Shown: positions 7,945 to 15,211 of the stretch, piece by piece
Position numbering within the stretch: the stretch's first letter is position 1
How the letters are laid out: each line of letters opens with the position of its first letter
IMG/VR virus record: IMGVR_UViG_2846613599_000004
DNA: 20,000 nt
Origin: an uncultured virus (IMG/VR IMGVR_UViG_2846613599_000004)
Taxonomy: Duplodnaviria > Heunggongvirae > Uroviricota > Caudoviricetes
Strand: one strand, 5' to 3'
Translations under genes and position numbers: made by a program
Notes under the pieces: model-generated
The model's database searches: none
Seen by the model: the letters and a program-made list of their open reading frames with translations, nothing else
What the model was told of the DNA's origin: nothing

Positions 7945-8250
7945 ATGTCCAGAACACAAGATGTAATCAACGAGCTAGTTAAGCGTAAAAAGTCCATATC
8001 TTGTAATGGCAGCAAAGGATTGTTGTTGTACTTAGAATCCTTGGGGTTTAAGCACAAGGAGGGGAAGACGGTAGGTCACAGAATTTTCACCCACCCTCAG
8101 CTTAGCTCTATATCTGACTACAAGACTCATTCGGTAGATTGTGGACACAAGCCGAACAGAGACATGAAGCACGCGTACATAACAAACACATTGCGCGTAC
8201 TTAATCAGTACAAGGATGAACTAGAGGAAATTGAAGCCAATGACAAATAA
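7945..8250 (+). CDS. hicA: HicA family mRNA interferase toxin
   Basis: LESLGFKHKEGKTVGHRIFTHP carries the HicA G-x-H catalytic His; upstream of HicB. Start may be 7933 or 7945. Confidence 0.8.
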   Translation: MSRTQDVINELVKRKKSISCNGSKGLLLYLESLGFKHKEGKTVGHRIFTHPQLSSISDYKTHSVDCGHKPNRDMKHAYITNTLRVLNQYKDELEEIEANDK

Positions 8251-8818
8251 AGTCTTTGATCCTGAAAAATATACAATATCAGTAAAGAAAACCACCGAAG
8301 ATGGTGAGGTGGTTTTTGTGGCTAGCATCGCCGAGCTTCCTGATATCAGAGAGTATGCAGATACTGCTGACTTCGCCAGAGAGTTAGCAATTGATTCAAT
8401 AGCCACCGCATATGAAGTTTTTGCTGAGCAAGGGATGATTTTCCCTAAACCAAGTGATGACTCTCAAATTGAAAGTGTCAGCGGAAGAGTAACTTTGCGT
8501 CTGCCAAAATCAATCCACGCCAAATGCATAAAAGCAGCGGAAAATGATGGTGTCAGTTTGAATTCATACTTAACAACCTGCATAACAAGCTACTCTGCAC
8601 AGAATGAAATTAAAGGCGAGATTCGCAGCCAGTTCACCCAGGTGAAGGCGCTAATAAAGTCTCACGGCAGATCAGATACCTATAGCGGAAGAATGGTTGA
8701 TAGAGGTGGGAACTCTTGGGTTTCATCACTGGATGCAAAATTTTCTAAAGAGAGTGACACCCTGGAAAGGGATAGTGAAATTCAATTATCTGGCTTTTAT
8801 TCGGAGTTCTATCAATGA
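8240..8818 (+). CDS. hicB: HicB family antitoxin with RHH domain and extended C-terminal tail
   Basis: FVASIAELPDI..YADT..A..LA..I...FPKP (partial RNase H fold), SGRVTLRLPKSIH...A..DGVSLNSY (RHH), then about 70 extra residues. Confidence 0.88.
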   Translation: MTNKVFDPEKYTISVKKTTEDGEVVFVASIAELPDIREYADTADFARELAIDSIATAYEVFAEQGMIFPKPSDDSQIESVSGRVTLRLPKSIHAKCIKAAENDGVSLNSYLTTCITSYSAQNEIKGEIRSQFTQVKALIKSHGRSDTYSGRMVDRGGNSWVSSLDAKFSKESDTLERDSEIQLSGFYSEFYQ

Positions 8819-9255
8819 GTATCATGTCGTCAGTCATATTAAAATCCGCAACGGTCACTTCTAACACCATGGATTTTGTAAGGCCAGATATTGATGTCGC
8901 CAAAGTGGCTGTAAAATTTAAACTGCACAACGCCTTAGAAGAAGATGAAGAGTGCAAATATTGCAGGTTAGCATTCTCCGGTGATGTTATTGGGAAGTTA
9001 ACCGATGAAGATGAACCTGATTTCGATTTAGTTGACCATGAGTTTAAGTTTAGCATCTCCGTTGATTATGAATTTGAAATCAACGATCTAGAGAAATATC
9101 TATCACTAACTAAAGATGAAAAAGCTGAATTGTGTGCAAATTTAGTTTATCTAGATTTTAGAAGGCGCATGACGCTAAATGCAAATAACATAGGGATAAG
9201 CAGCTTTAGAATGCCGCTATCGTTAATGACTCTAACAAAGAAATCAGAAAAATAA
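8815..9255 (+). CDS. SecB-like chaperone (putative)
   Basis: 146 aa and acidic, with alternating beta-strand patterns followed by LVYLDFRRRMTLNANNIGISSFRMPL, resembling the SecB helix and G.P...LP end. ATGA-coupled to hicB. Confidence 0.65.
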   Translation: MSIMSSVILKSATVTSNTMDFVRPDIDVAKVAVKFKLHNALEEDEECKYCRLAFSGDVIGKLTDEDEPDFDLVDHEFKFSISVDYEFEINDLEKYLSLTKDEKAELCANLVYLDFRRRMTLNANNIGISSFRMPLSLMTLTKKSEK

Positions 9256-9260
9256 CCCCC

Positions 9261-9283
9261 AGCCCTCCCGCGAGGGCTTTTTT
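9261..9283 (+). terminator. Intrinsic terminator closing the cI/hicAB/secB-like unit
   Basis: AGCCCTC-CCGC-GAGGGCT followed by TTTTT. Confidence 0.85.
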
Positions 9284-9287
9284 GTGC

Positions 9288-9488
9288 CTATCTCTCAACC
9301 ATCTTTATCGCATCATTCAGTAACGCCTTGATTTCCTTCGTCGGCGCTTCTTTCTTGTGCTGTCTGAGTTCGTCTATCAAATCATCCCGGCAAATGACAT
9401 CACCGCGACTGTGCAGTGTGTACATCAGCACTTTGCCAATCCATCCCATTACCTTCTCGTAATGCTCTCGCTGCTCTGCTTCGGTCAT
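9288..9488 (-). CDS. Small hypothetical protein
   Basis: MTEAEQREHY start preceded by AGGGGG; converges on the 9261 terminator. Confidence 0.55.
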   Translation of the reverse strand: MTEAEQREHYEKVMGWIGKVLMYTLHSRGDVICRDDLIDELRQHKKEAPTKEIKALLNDAIKMVER

Positions 9489-9620
9489 AAATCCCCCTGC
9501 TTTTTCGACATAATGGCGATTTATTAACCGCATCATTGTGATCTGCGTCCAATCGTGACGATTTTTTGAAAATAAATTACCTGCAAAATCAATCAGGTAA
9601 ACTTTTCTGCGCTACTTTGT

Positions 9621-9662
9621 TTACCCGTGGGTATTTACATTTAAATTACCCGCAGGTATATT
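9621..9662 (+). promoter_or_regulatory. oL operators and pL
   Basis: TTACCCGTGGGTAT (9621-9634) and TTACCCGCAGGTAT (9646-9659) have the same 25-bp spacing as oR. TTTACA (9634-9639), 17 bp, TATATT (9657-9662). Confidence 0.88.
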
Positions 9663-9693
9663 TATATCCATCGAAGGGCAACCAGAGATAACC

Positions 9694-9769
9694 ATAGTCG
9701 AACGGCGCGACTTTAAACCATGCGTCGGGCACTCGGCGGAACCAGCTAGTTAAGTGGTCAATGAGATGC
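9694..9769 (+). ncRNA. putL-like cis-acting antiterminator RNA
   Basis: ATAGTCGAACGGCGCGACTTTAAACCATGCGTCGGG closely matches the HK022 putL 5' half as I recall it. It is followed by a stem with a GGCGG/CAAT internal loop and a bulged base, about 25 nt after the predicted pL start. Confidence 0.85.
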
Positions 9770-9827
9770 ACTACAGATCACTTATGAAATACCAATATTT
9801 GCATAAGTCATTTGATAGGAGCGGCGC

Positions 9828-9980
9828 ATGAAAACGAAAGTTACCTGTCCGTTGTGTCTGAGGACATTTGACCCACGAATACCGGTAATGCACATCAGCA
9901 AGTATCACAAAGGCGCTACCGATGCTCAGTTAGCAAAAATAAGGAATGTTCGCAGAAAGGCAACATACGCAAGCAGCTGA
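9828..9980 (+). CDS. Small C2H2-type zinc-finger protein, 50 aa (not in ORF track)
   Basis: AGGAG RBS; MKTKVTCPLCLRTFDPRIPVMHISKYHKGATDAQLAKIRNVRRKATYASS. Confidence 0.65.
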   Translation: MKTKVTCPLCLRTFDPRIPVMHISKYHKGATDAQLAKIRNVRRKATYASS

Positions 9981-10065
9981 GAATGAACCGCAAGCCGATT
10001 ATGCCGAACGGTGGCATTACGGCCAGAGCATGACCTGATGGGTTGTGTGAGCGCAGATACTAATT

Positions 10066-10090
10066 ATAGCCCATTCGGTGAGTGGGCTAT
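10066..10090. terminator. Strong hairpin, probable terminator between convergent units
   Basis: ATAGCCCATTC-GGT-GAGTGGGCTAT, 6 nt past the stop of the 10097-10600 gene; U-tail is poor. Confidence 0.5.
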
Positions 10091-10096
10091 GGTGAG

Positions 10097-10600
10097 TTAA
10101 CCAGACTTCAACTTAGAAACCGGAGATAAATATACCGAACCACATGAATTGCATTTAAGGGTAGCAATATGAGCGCCAATACCAGGGATAGTTTTAACCG
10201 AATTAATGCTAAGTGCAGACGCCTTTCCAGACTCATAACAGTGAGCACAAAAGTAGGAATATTTGCTAATGGAGTTTTCGGGAAGATTCTTACGATAGAT
10301 CGTCGTACCAAGCATAGGGCTCCACGCTTCATAATCAACGGACTCTCTAAGCCATTTCTCTTTGTCAGCATTTTTTGCATTTGCTTCACTGAGAGACTCC
10401 TCAAGGAGCATTATCGACTTCTGCTTCTCATTTATGATCTCTAAAAGCTTAGTGTTTTCCATTTGAATATCATGAAGTTTTCTATTTATTTCATAGACTG
10501 CATTATCAATAACAGCCTGATTTTTAGCGTCATTAACGGCGTTAAATAGATTAAGGCTTTCTCTGATAGCAGCAATAGCCGCTGGAATTTCACCGAACAT
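10097..10600 (-). CDS. Accessory protein: coiled coil plus zinc ribbon
   Basis: N-terminal heptad region, CAHC and CNSC pairs; AT-rich and opposite to the pL operon. Confidence 0.75.
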   Translation of the reverse strand: MFGEIPAAIAAIRESLNLFNAVNDAKNQAVIDNAVYEINRKLHDIQMENTKLLEIINEKQKSIMLLEESLSEANAKNADKEKWLRESVDYEAWSPMLGTTIYRKNLPENSISKYSYFCAHCYESGKASALSINSVKTIPGIGAHIATLKCNSCGSVYLSPVSKLKSG

Positions 10601-10700
10601 AATTAACTTCCATATTGTGGGGGTGAGTTAATTATAACTGTTTTCTGTTGTGGGGGCACGACGGAACCACCTCGCCTGATGTGGTTAAAAGCAGGCATCC

Positions 10701-10869
10701 AGTCAGTATTGGGATTGGTGAGTGCGAGATGCTGACTCGCGGTCGATGTATAAACAGCGCTCATGATTGTCGTAACCACTCGACGTCTCAAGACAGTACC
10801 GCTGATAGTGAGGGCGCTCTAATCAGCAAGCAGGAAATCAGCACCTGCCACCAATCACCAATACTGACT
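10701..10869 (+). ncRNA. Candidate structured RNA (long closing stem, kissing hairpins)
   Basis: AGTCAGTATTGG-GATTGGTG pairs with CACCAATC-A-CCAATACTGACT; inner hairpin loops TGCTGA and TCAGCA are complementary. Confidence 0.6.
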
Positions 10870-10893
10870 AACAACACAATCAGGAGAAGCCGA

Positions 10894-11280
10894 GTGGAAG
10901 ATAAATTCTTTTATCGGTACTCAGCGATTGATTCAGAGGACGGAATTTATCTTTCGCTCAGTACATTCAAAATGGTTCGGGAAACGCCTTGCTACTACAT
11001 GGTAAGGCAGTTTTTTGTAACCAACGGTGGATTTAATCTGTTTTCAGGCAAGGAGCGCCGCGTGCCGAAATCTGAACTGCAATGCAGAACAATTTGCCAC
11101 ACAAAGGAACGGGCACTACATCAATTCAGGATGCGGCAAGAATACAGAATTGAGCATGCAAAACGGAGTGAGTTTATAGCCGGAAGATGCCTTGATTTTC
11201 TCCAGGCCAATAATTTCATACCTACCGCCGAATACACATTAATACTCGGCAGGTCTGGTATTAAAGCACTTGGATACTGA
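10894..11280 (+). CDS. Hypothetical phage protein
   Basis: GTG start after AGGAG; the upstream part of the tracked ORF overlaps the RNA structure and is probably not translated. Confidence 0.65.
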   Translation: MEDKFFYRYSAIDSEDGIYLSLSTFKMVRETPCYYMVRQFFVTNGGFNLFSGKERRVPKSELQCRTICHTKERALHQFRMRQEYRIEHAKRSEFIAGRCLDFLQANNFIPTAEYTLILGRSGIKALGY

Positions 11281-11347
11281 CTAACACCCCGCGGCGGGGA
11301 TAACTATTCGGACATCACGTAGCACAGGGAAGTGCATAGGAGGAAGT

Positions 11348-11551
11348 ATGACAGAGGAATACGAACACGCATCAATCCGTGTAGAAATGGCGAGCGATGC
11401 GACTATCAGGGATTATTTTGCAGCCAGGGCTATGCAGGGAATCCTGTCCAATAACTCAATGATTGACACCGCAACAGAATCAACATTTGAGTGGGTGACG
11501 AGAAATGCCTATCAGTTGGCAGATGCAATGCTCAGAGCAAGGGAGAAATAA
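11348..11551 (+). CDS. Conserved hypothetical phage protein
   Basis: RDYFAARAMQG...AYQLADAMLRAR is a common phage motif; AGGAGG RBS. Confidence 0.8.
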   Translation: MTEEYEHASIRVEMASDATIRDYFAARAMQGILSNNSMIDTATESTFEWVTRNAYQLADAMLRAREK

Positions 11552-11552
11552 C

Positions 11553-11852
11553 ATGGAGTTTAAAGGTACACCGGGGCCATGGTGGCTTGCGGCGATGGGA
11601 CCAAATGGTTGTCCAGTTGTTGGCGACAGAGCAACAATGGTTGCCATGCTAGCTCATACTGTAAATGAAGAAAGTCAGGCATTAGAAGCTATGTCAAATG
11701 CTTACTTAATATCTGCCGCTCCTGAGCTCCTGGAGTCGTTAATAACTCTTGTCGCTCAAGTGGAGTTATTTTATAGCAAAGAAAAGGACGACTATCTTCC
11801 GGAATACAAAGCCGCAAAATTAGCAATCAAAAAAGCACTTGGCCGCGAATAG
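11553..11852 (+). CDS. Conserved hypothetical phage protein
   Basis: KGTPGPW...NAYLISAAPELLESL...AIKKALG motif. Confidence 0.8.
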   Translation: MEFKGTPGPWWLAAMGPNGCPVVGDRATMVAMLAHTVNEESQALEAMSNAYLISAAPELLESLITLVAQVELFYSKEKDDYLPEYKAAKLAIKKALGRE

Positions 11853-11909
11853 CCGCCCTGCTCTCTTTCACACAGAAGTAACCCACCCTATAAATAAACG
11901 GAGTTAATT

Positions 11910-12851
11910 ATGGCAAACGAACTGGTCGTTATCGAACCAGCGACAGCGCTCGACCTTTTTACAGCGCCGGATAAGGTTCAGGTACTGCTGTCTGGTATCC
12001 GGGAGAAAGCGCTCGCAGAGCAGGCATTACTCGATACTGATTTATCGAAAGCCAAGAATCGCGATGCTATCAAATCACTGGCCTACAAAGTTACGCAGTC
12101 AAAAACATACATCGATAAAGCCGGAAAGGCTGTTGTTGATGAACTGAAAGAGCTGCCGAAAAAAGTGGATGCCAGTCGCAAACAGTGCCGGGATGAGCTC
12201 GACGCACTGAGCGATGAAATCCGCCAGCCGGTAACAGCCTGGGAAGATGCAGAAAAGGCGCGTGTAGCAGCGGAAGAACTGGTTAAGCAAATTGAGCGTG
12301 ACCACGAAGAAGCACTGCAGATGAATGAGTTGCACGACCTGCGTAAAGCCGAAGAAGAACGCAAACGCATTGAGCATGAAAACGAAATCAAGCGTCAGGC
12401 TGCAGAGCAGGCACGAATCGAAGCTGAACAGAAAGCACAGCGTGACCGTGAAGCGGCGGAGCTGAAAGCCAAACAGGAGCGTGAAGCGGCAGAATTAAAA
12501 GCACGACAGGAAGTCGAGGCGGCAGCTAAGCGAGAACGTGAGGCCAGAGAAGCGCAGGAACGCGCAGAACGTGAAAAGCAGGAAGCTATCGCGAAGGCTG
12601 AGCGTGAAAAGCTGGCCGCAGTGGAAGCGGAGCGGCGCAAGGCAGAGGAAGCCGAACGCGCACGACTGGCGGAGATTGAGTGCCAGAAGCAGGAAGAATT
12701 AAAGCGCCAGGCTGATACCGCGCACAGAGCTAAAGTGAATAACCAGGCGATGCAGGATTTAATCTCCGCAGGCATCCCCGAAGATTGCGCAAAGGCATGC
12801 ATCATTGCTATCGCCAAAGGATCCGTATCATCAGTAAAAATCAATTACTGA
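11910..12851 (+). CDS. Long coiled-coil phage protein (often labelled TolA-like)
   Basis: E/A/R/K-rich helical repeats and a GGAG RBS; common in lambdoid early-left regions. Confidence 0.8.
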   Translation: MANELVVIEPATALDLFTAPDKVQVLLSGIREKALAEQALLDTDLSKAKNRDAIKSLAYKVTQSKTYIDKAGKAVVDELKELPKKVDASRKQCRDELDALSDEIRQPVTAWEDAEKARVAAEELVKQIERDHEEALQMNELHDLRKAEEERKRIEHENEIKRQAAEQARIEAEQKAQRDREAAELKAKQEREAAELKARQEVEAAAKREREAREAQERAEREKQEAIAKAEREKLAAVEAERRKAEEAERARLAEIECQKQEELKRQADTAHRAKVNNQAMQDLISAGIPEDCAKACIIAIAKGSVSSVKINY

Positions 12852-12928
12852 TACCATGACCAGCGCATTCTACGCAGTCACCCTATTCATATCAGCATCA
12901 CTCATCTTACTAATTTTACGGTAATCAC

Positions 12929-13063
12929 ATGACTATCAATCAGAACGTTTTCCGTCTGGCGCAAGCACAGGCGCGGGTAGCTATACGCCAGAAATGCGAT
13001 GACATCTGGTGGTTAGCAATGGAATTACTCAGAGAAAGTTACGGGAGGCAGGAATGCAGATAA
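12929..13063 (+). CDS. Kil-like cell division inhibitor, 44 aa (not in ORF track)
   Basis: MTINQNVFRLAQAQARVAIRQKCDDIWWLAMELLRESYGRQECR; size, AQ..A..A.....W..A pattern and position upstream of the recombination genes fit Kil. Confidence 0.5.
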   Translation: MTINQNVFRLAQAQARVAIRQKCDDIWWLAMELLRESYGRQECR

Positions 13064-13299
13064 CTTGCGACCATTTCAGCGTTTCCGGCAGAACAGGTGA
13101 GCCGGTAATCACTACCCACGGACGGGTATTTATCACCGGACTTGATTCTGAAGCTATAGGAAATAGCGATGCCGACATACAGGAGTTAGTAGGTACTGAA
13201 TTACGGCGCATGGATGAGCAGTCAGTCGTTGAAACGCTACGGAAAGCAGGGTTCGACATGGACGTTATCGCACAGCTTGCAGGGAGGAGCGCAGCATGA
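13054..13299 (+). CDS. Hypothetical protein
   Basis: ATG at 13054 after GGAGG; overlaps both neighbours. Confidence 0.65.
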   Translation: MQITCDHFSVSGRTGEPVITTHGRVFITGLDSEAIGNSDADIQELVGTELRRMDEQSVVETLRKAGFDMDVIAQLAGRSAA

Positions 13300-13532
13300 A
13301 TGCATACGCAGCACAGGATGCTCAGGAAGATCGGCGTCTGGAGCATGCAGCATGGCAGGATGCCGTCGACACGGAAGTAAGCGAACTGACAACGAATGCT
13401 TTTAATAAACTCCCTCAGCGCCTTCTGGATGAAGTCAGCGATGAACTCCAAAACGAGATATGGAATTCTCTTTATGGGGTAACGGCGGAAATCAGGGATC
13501 ACTATGCTGCTATTTATCAGCAGCATCTTTAA
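13296..13532 (+). CDS. Gam-like host nuclease inhibitor (putative)
   Basis: MNAY..QD start and LPQRLL recall lambda Gam (MNAYYIQD...LPQHLF); acidic; directly upstream of the recombinase. Confidence 0.45.
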   Translation: MNAYAAQDAQEDRRLEHAAWQDAVDTEVSELTTNAFNKLPQRLLDEVSDELQNEIWNSLYGVTAEIRDHYAAIYQQHL

Positions 13533-13579
13533 CGACAGCATCTGCGAATGGAATCGCCATACAGGAAAGGACAGGAGAA

Positions 13580-14461
13580 ATGAGCACATCAATTATTGAA
13601 TTTGTACAACAGCAGGAGACGTTGTTCAGCAGCGCATTGACAGAGCAAACAATAACATGGGCTAAGGAAAGCCAGTTTGCTATTCAGGCATTCCAGAAAA
13701 ACGACAAACTGGCAGAGGCCGCGTTAAAAAATCAGGCCAGCGCACAGAATGCAATTATCAACGTTGCAGCCATCGGGATAACACTGAATCCGGCCAGCAA
13801 GCTCGCATATCTTGTCCCACGGAAAGGCGAGGTATGCCTCGATATCAGTTATATGGGCCTACTCCACCTAGCTCAGGCAACGAAAGCGATTATCTGGGGG
13901 CAATGCAAACTGGTGCATGAAAAGGATGTTTATGAGTCCAACGGACTGGAACTTCCCCCCACCCATAAATATAACGCGTTCGGAGAGCGCGGAGCGGTTA
14001 TCGGCGGGTATTGCACGGTAAAAACAGCGGAGGGTGACTATCTCACGGAAGAAATGACACTCGAAGATATCAAAGCTGTTGAGGCGACAAGCAAGGCAAG
14101 TAACGGGCCATGGAAGACCTTCTGGGAAGAGATGGCAAGGAAGACCATCGTCAAACGCGCCAGCAAATACTGGCCGCGCCGTGAAAGACTTGATCAGGCT
14201 ATCGAGTACATAAATACAGATGCCGGTGAAGGAAATGATTTTCAGGCACCGAAGAATCAGGAGCGAGACATAACACCGGCCAGCGAAGACCAACTGAAGG
14301 ATATATCTGATCTGATGATCAAAGTTGATGGTGAATGGAGTGAGGTTTTCATCGCCTTCATCAGCAAAAAATTCAACCGCCCTATCTCCCACCCGGAACA
14401 GCTCACCGTATTTGAGGCTAACACCATCATCGACATGCTCAGGAAAAAGGCAGGCGAATAA
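13580..14461 (+). CDS. recT: RecT family ssDNA annealing protein
   Basis: GITLNP...AYLVPR, ISYMGL..LA and GPW...[18 protein letters not shown] motifs. Confidence 0.92.
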   Translation: MSTSIIEFVQQQETLFSSALTEQTITWAKESQFAIQAFQKNDKLAEAALKNQASAQNAIINVAAIGITLNPASKLAYLVPRKGEVCLDISYMGLLHLAQATKAIIWGQCKLVHEKDVYESNGLELPPTHKYNAFGERGAVIGGYCTVKTAEGDYLTEEMTLEDIKAVEATSKASNGPWKTFWEEMARKTIVKRASKYWPRRERLDQAIEYINTDAGEGNDFQAPKNQERDITPASEDQLKDISDLMIKVDGEWSEVFIAFISKKFNRPISHPEQLTVFEANTIIDMLRKKAGE

Positions 14462-15159
14462 TGATCAGTAACGACATCATTCTCAGCAAAACCGGCATCG
14501 ATTTATCAAAAATATCGCAGGGAAGCGAAGAATGGATGTCACTGCGCCTCGGGGTGATTACCGCCTCAGAGGTCTGGAAAGTGCTCACAAAACCACGCTC
14601 AGGGACGACATGGAGCGACACCAAAAAGACGTATTTCAATACGCTTATCGGTGAAGTCTGCACCGGCGTAAGCAAAGATGTTAGCGCCAGATCTCTGGAA
14701 TGGGGAAAGGATTACGAACTCGAAGCACGGATGACATTCGAGTTTTACAGCGGCCTGACGGTCACGGAAGACCCGATAATTTTCAGGGATGAATCACTGC
14801 GAACGGCCTGCTCTCCTGATGGCATTTGCAGCGACGGCGCTGGCCTTGAGCTTAAATGCCCAAAAACAACGGAAGTCTTTATCGACCTGGCTTTAAACGG
14901 AATTAAGGCCATGAAAAAGGAATACACCGCTCAGGTTCAGTATTCAATGTGGATCACCAGAAAGGATGTTTGGCATTTCGCAAACTACGACCCTCGCATG
15001 CCGGGAGGAAAGGAAATTGTCCACATACCGGTAGAGCGCGACGAAAAAATGATGCAGGAATTCGACCAACAGATACCAGAGTTTATTGAGGCAATGGATG
15101 CCGCATTAAGCACACTCGGCATTGAGTACGGTAATCAGTGGAAAGGATTTCAGCTTTAA
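14461..15159 (+). CDS. exo: Lambda-type exonuclease (YqaJ family)
   Basis: [34 protein letters not shown] and QVQYSMW motifs. Confidence 0.93.
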   Translation: MISNDIILSKTGIDLSKISQGSEEWMSLRLGVITASEVWKVLTKPRSGTTWSDTKKTYFNTLIGEVCTGVSKDVSARSLEWGKDYELEARMTFEFYSGLTVTEDPIIFRDESLRTACSPDGICSDGAGLELKCPKTTEVFIDLALNGIKAMKKEYTAQVQYSMWITRKDVWHFANYDPRMPGGKEIVHIPVERDEKMMQEFDQQIPEFIEAMDAALSTLGIEYGNQWKGFQL

Positions 15160-15211
15160 TAACCCACCGTTTCAGGATGAAGCGTAATGCAGGGATGCTG
15201 AGGAAATAACA

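Noticed and set aside
9999..10050. ATGCCGAACGGTGGCAT hairpin as a third put-like element
   Set aside because: It has GAACGG but lacks GTCGGG and the GGCG/CAAT stem II, so it is at best degenerate.
10648..10893. N-terminal extension of tracked ORF 10648-11280
   Set aside because: No RBS, overlaps the RNA structures, and a better AGGAG/GTG start lies at 10894.
11859..11873. boxA-like TGCTCTCTTTCACA
   Set aside because: Imperfect match, no boxB hairpin nearby, and far from pL.
12440..12500. Tandem repeat CGTGAAGCGGC.GA..T.AAAGC
   Set aside because: Encodes REAAELKA protein repeats; not a CRISPR array or iteron.
12083..12844. Long antisense ORFs opposite the coiled-coil gene
   Set aside because: Shadow frames caused by repetitive Ala/Glu/Arg codons; Ser-rich, without RBS or motifs.
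15168..15192. GTTTCAGGATGAAGCGTAATGC resembling the top of HK022 putL stem II
   Set aside because: No stem I or basal stem; just a short intergenic hairpin.
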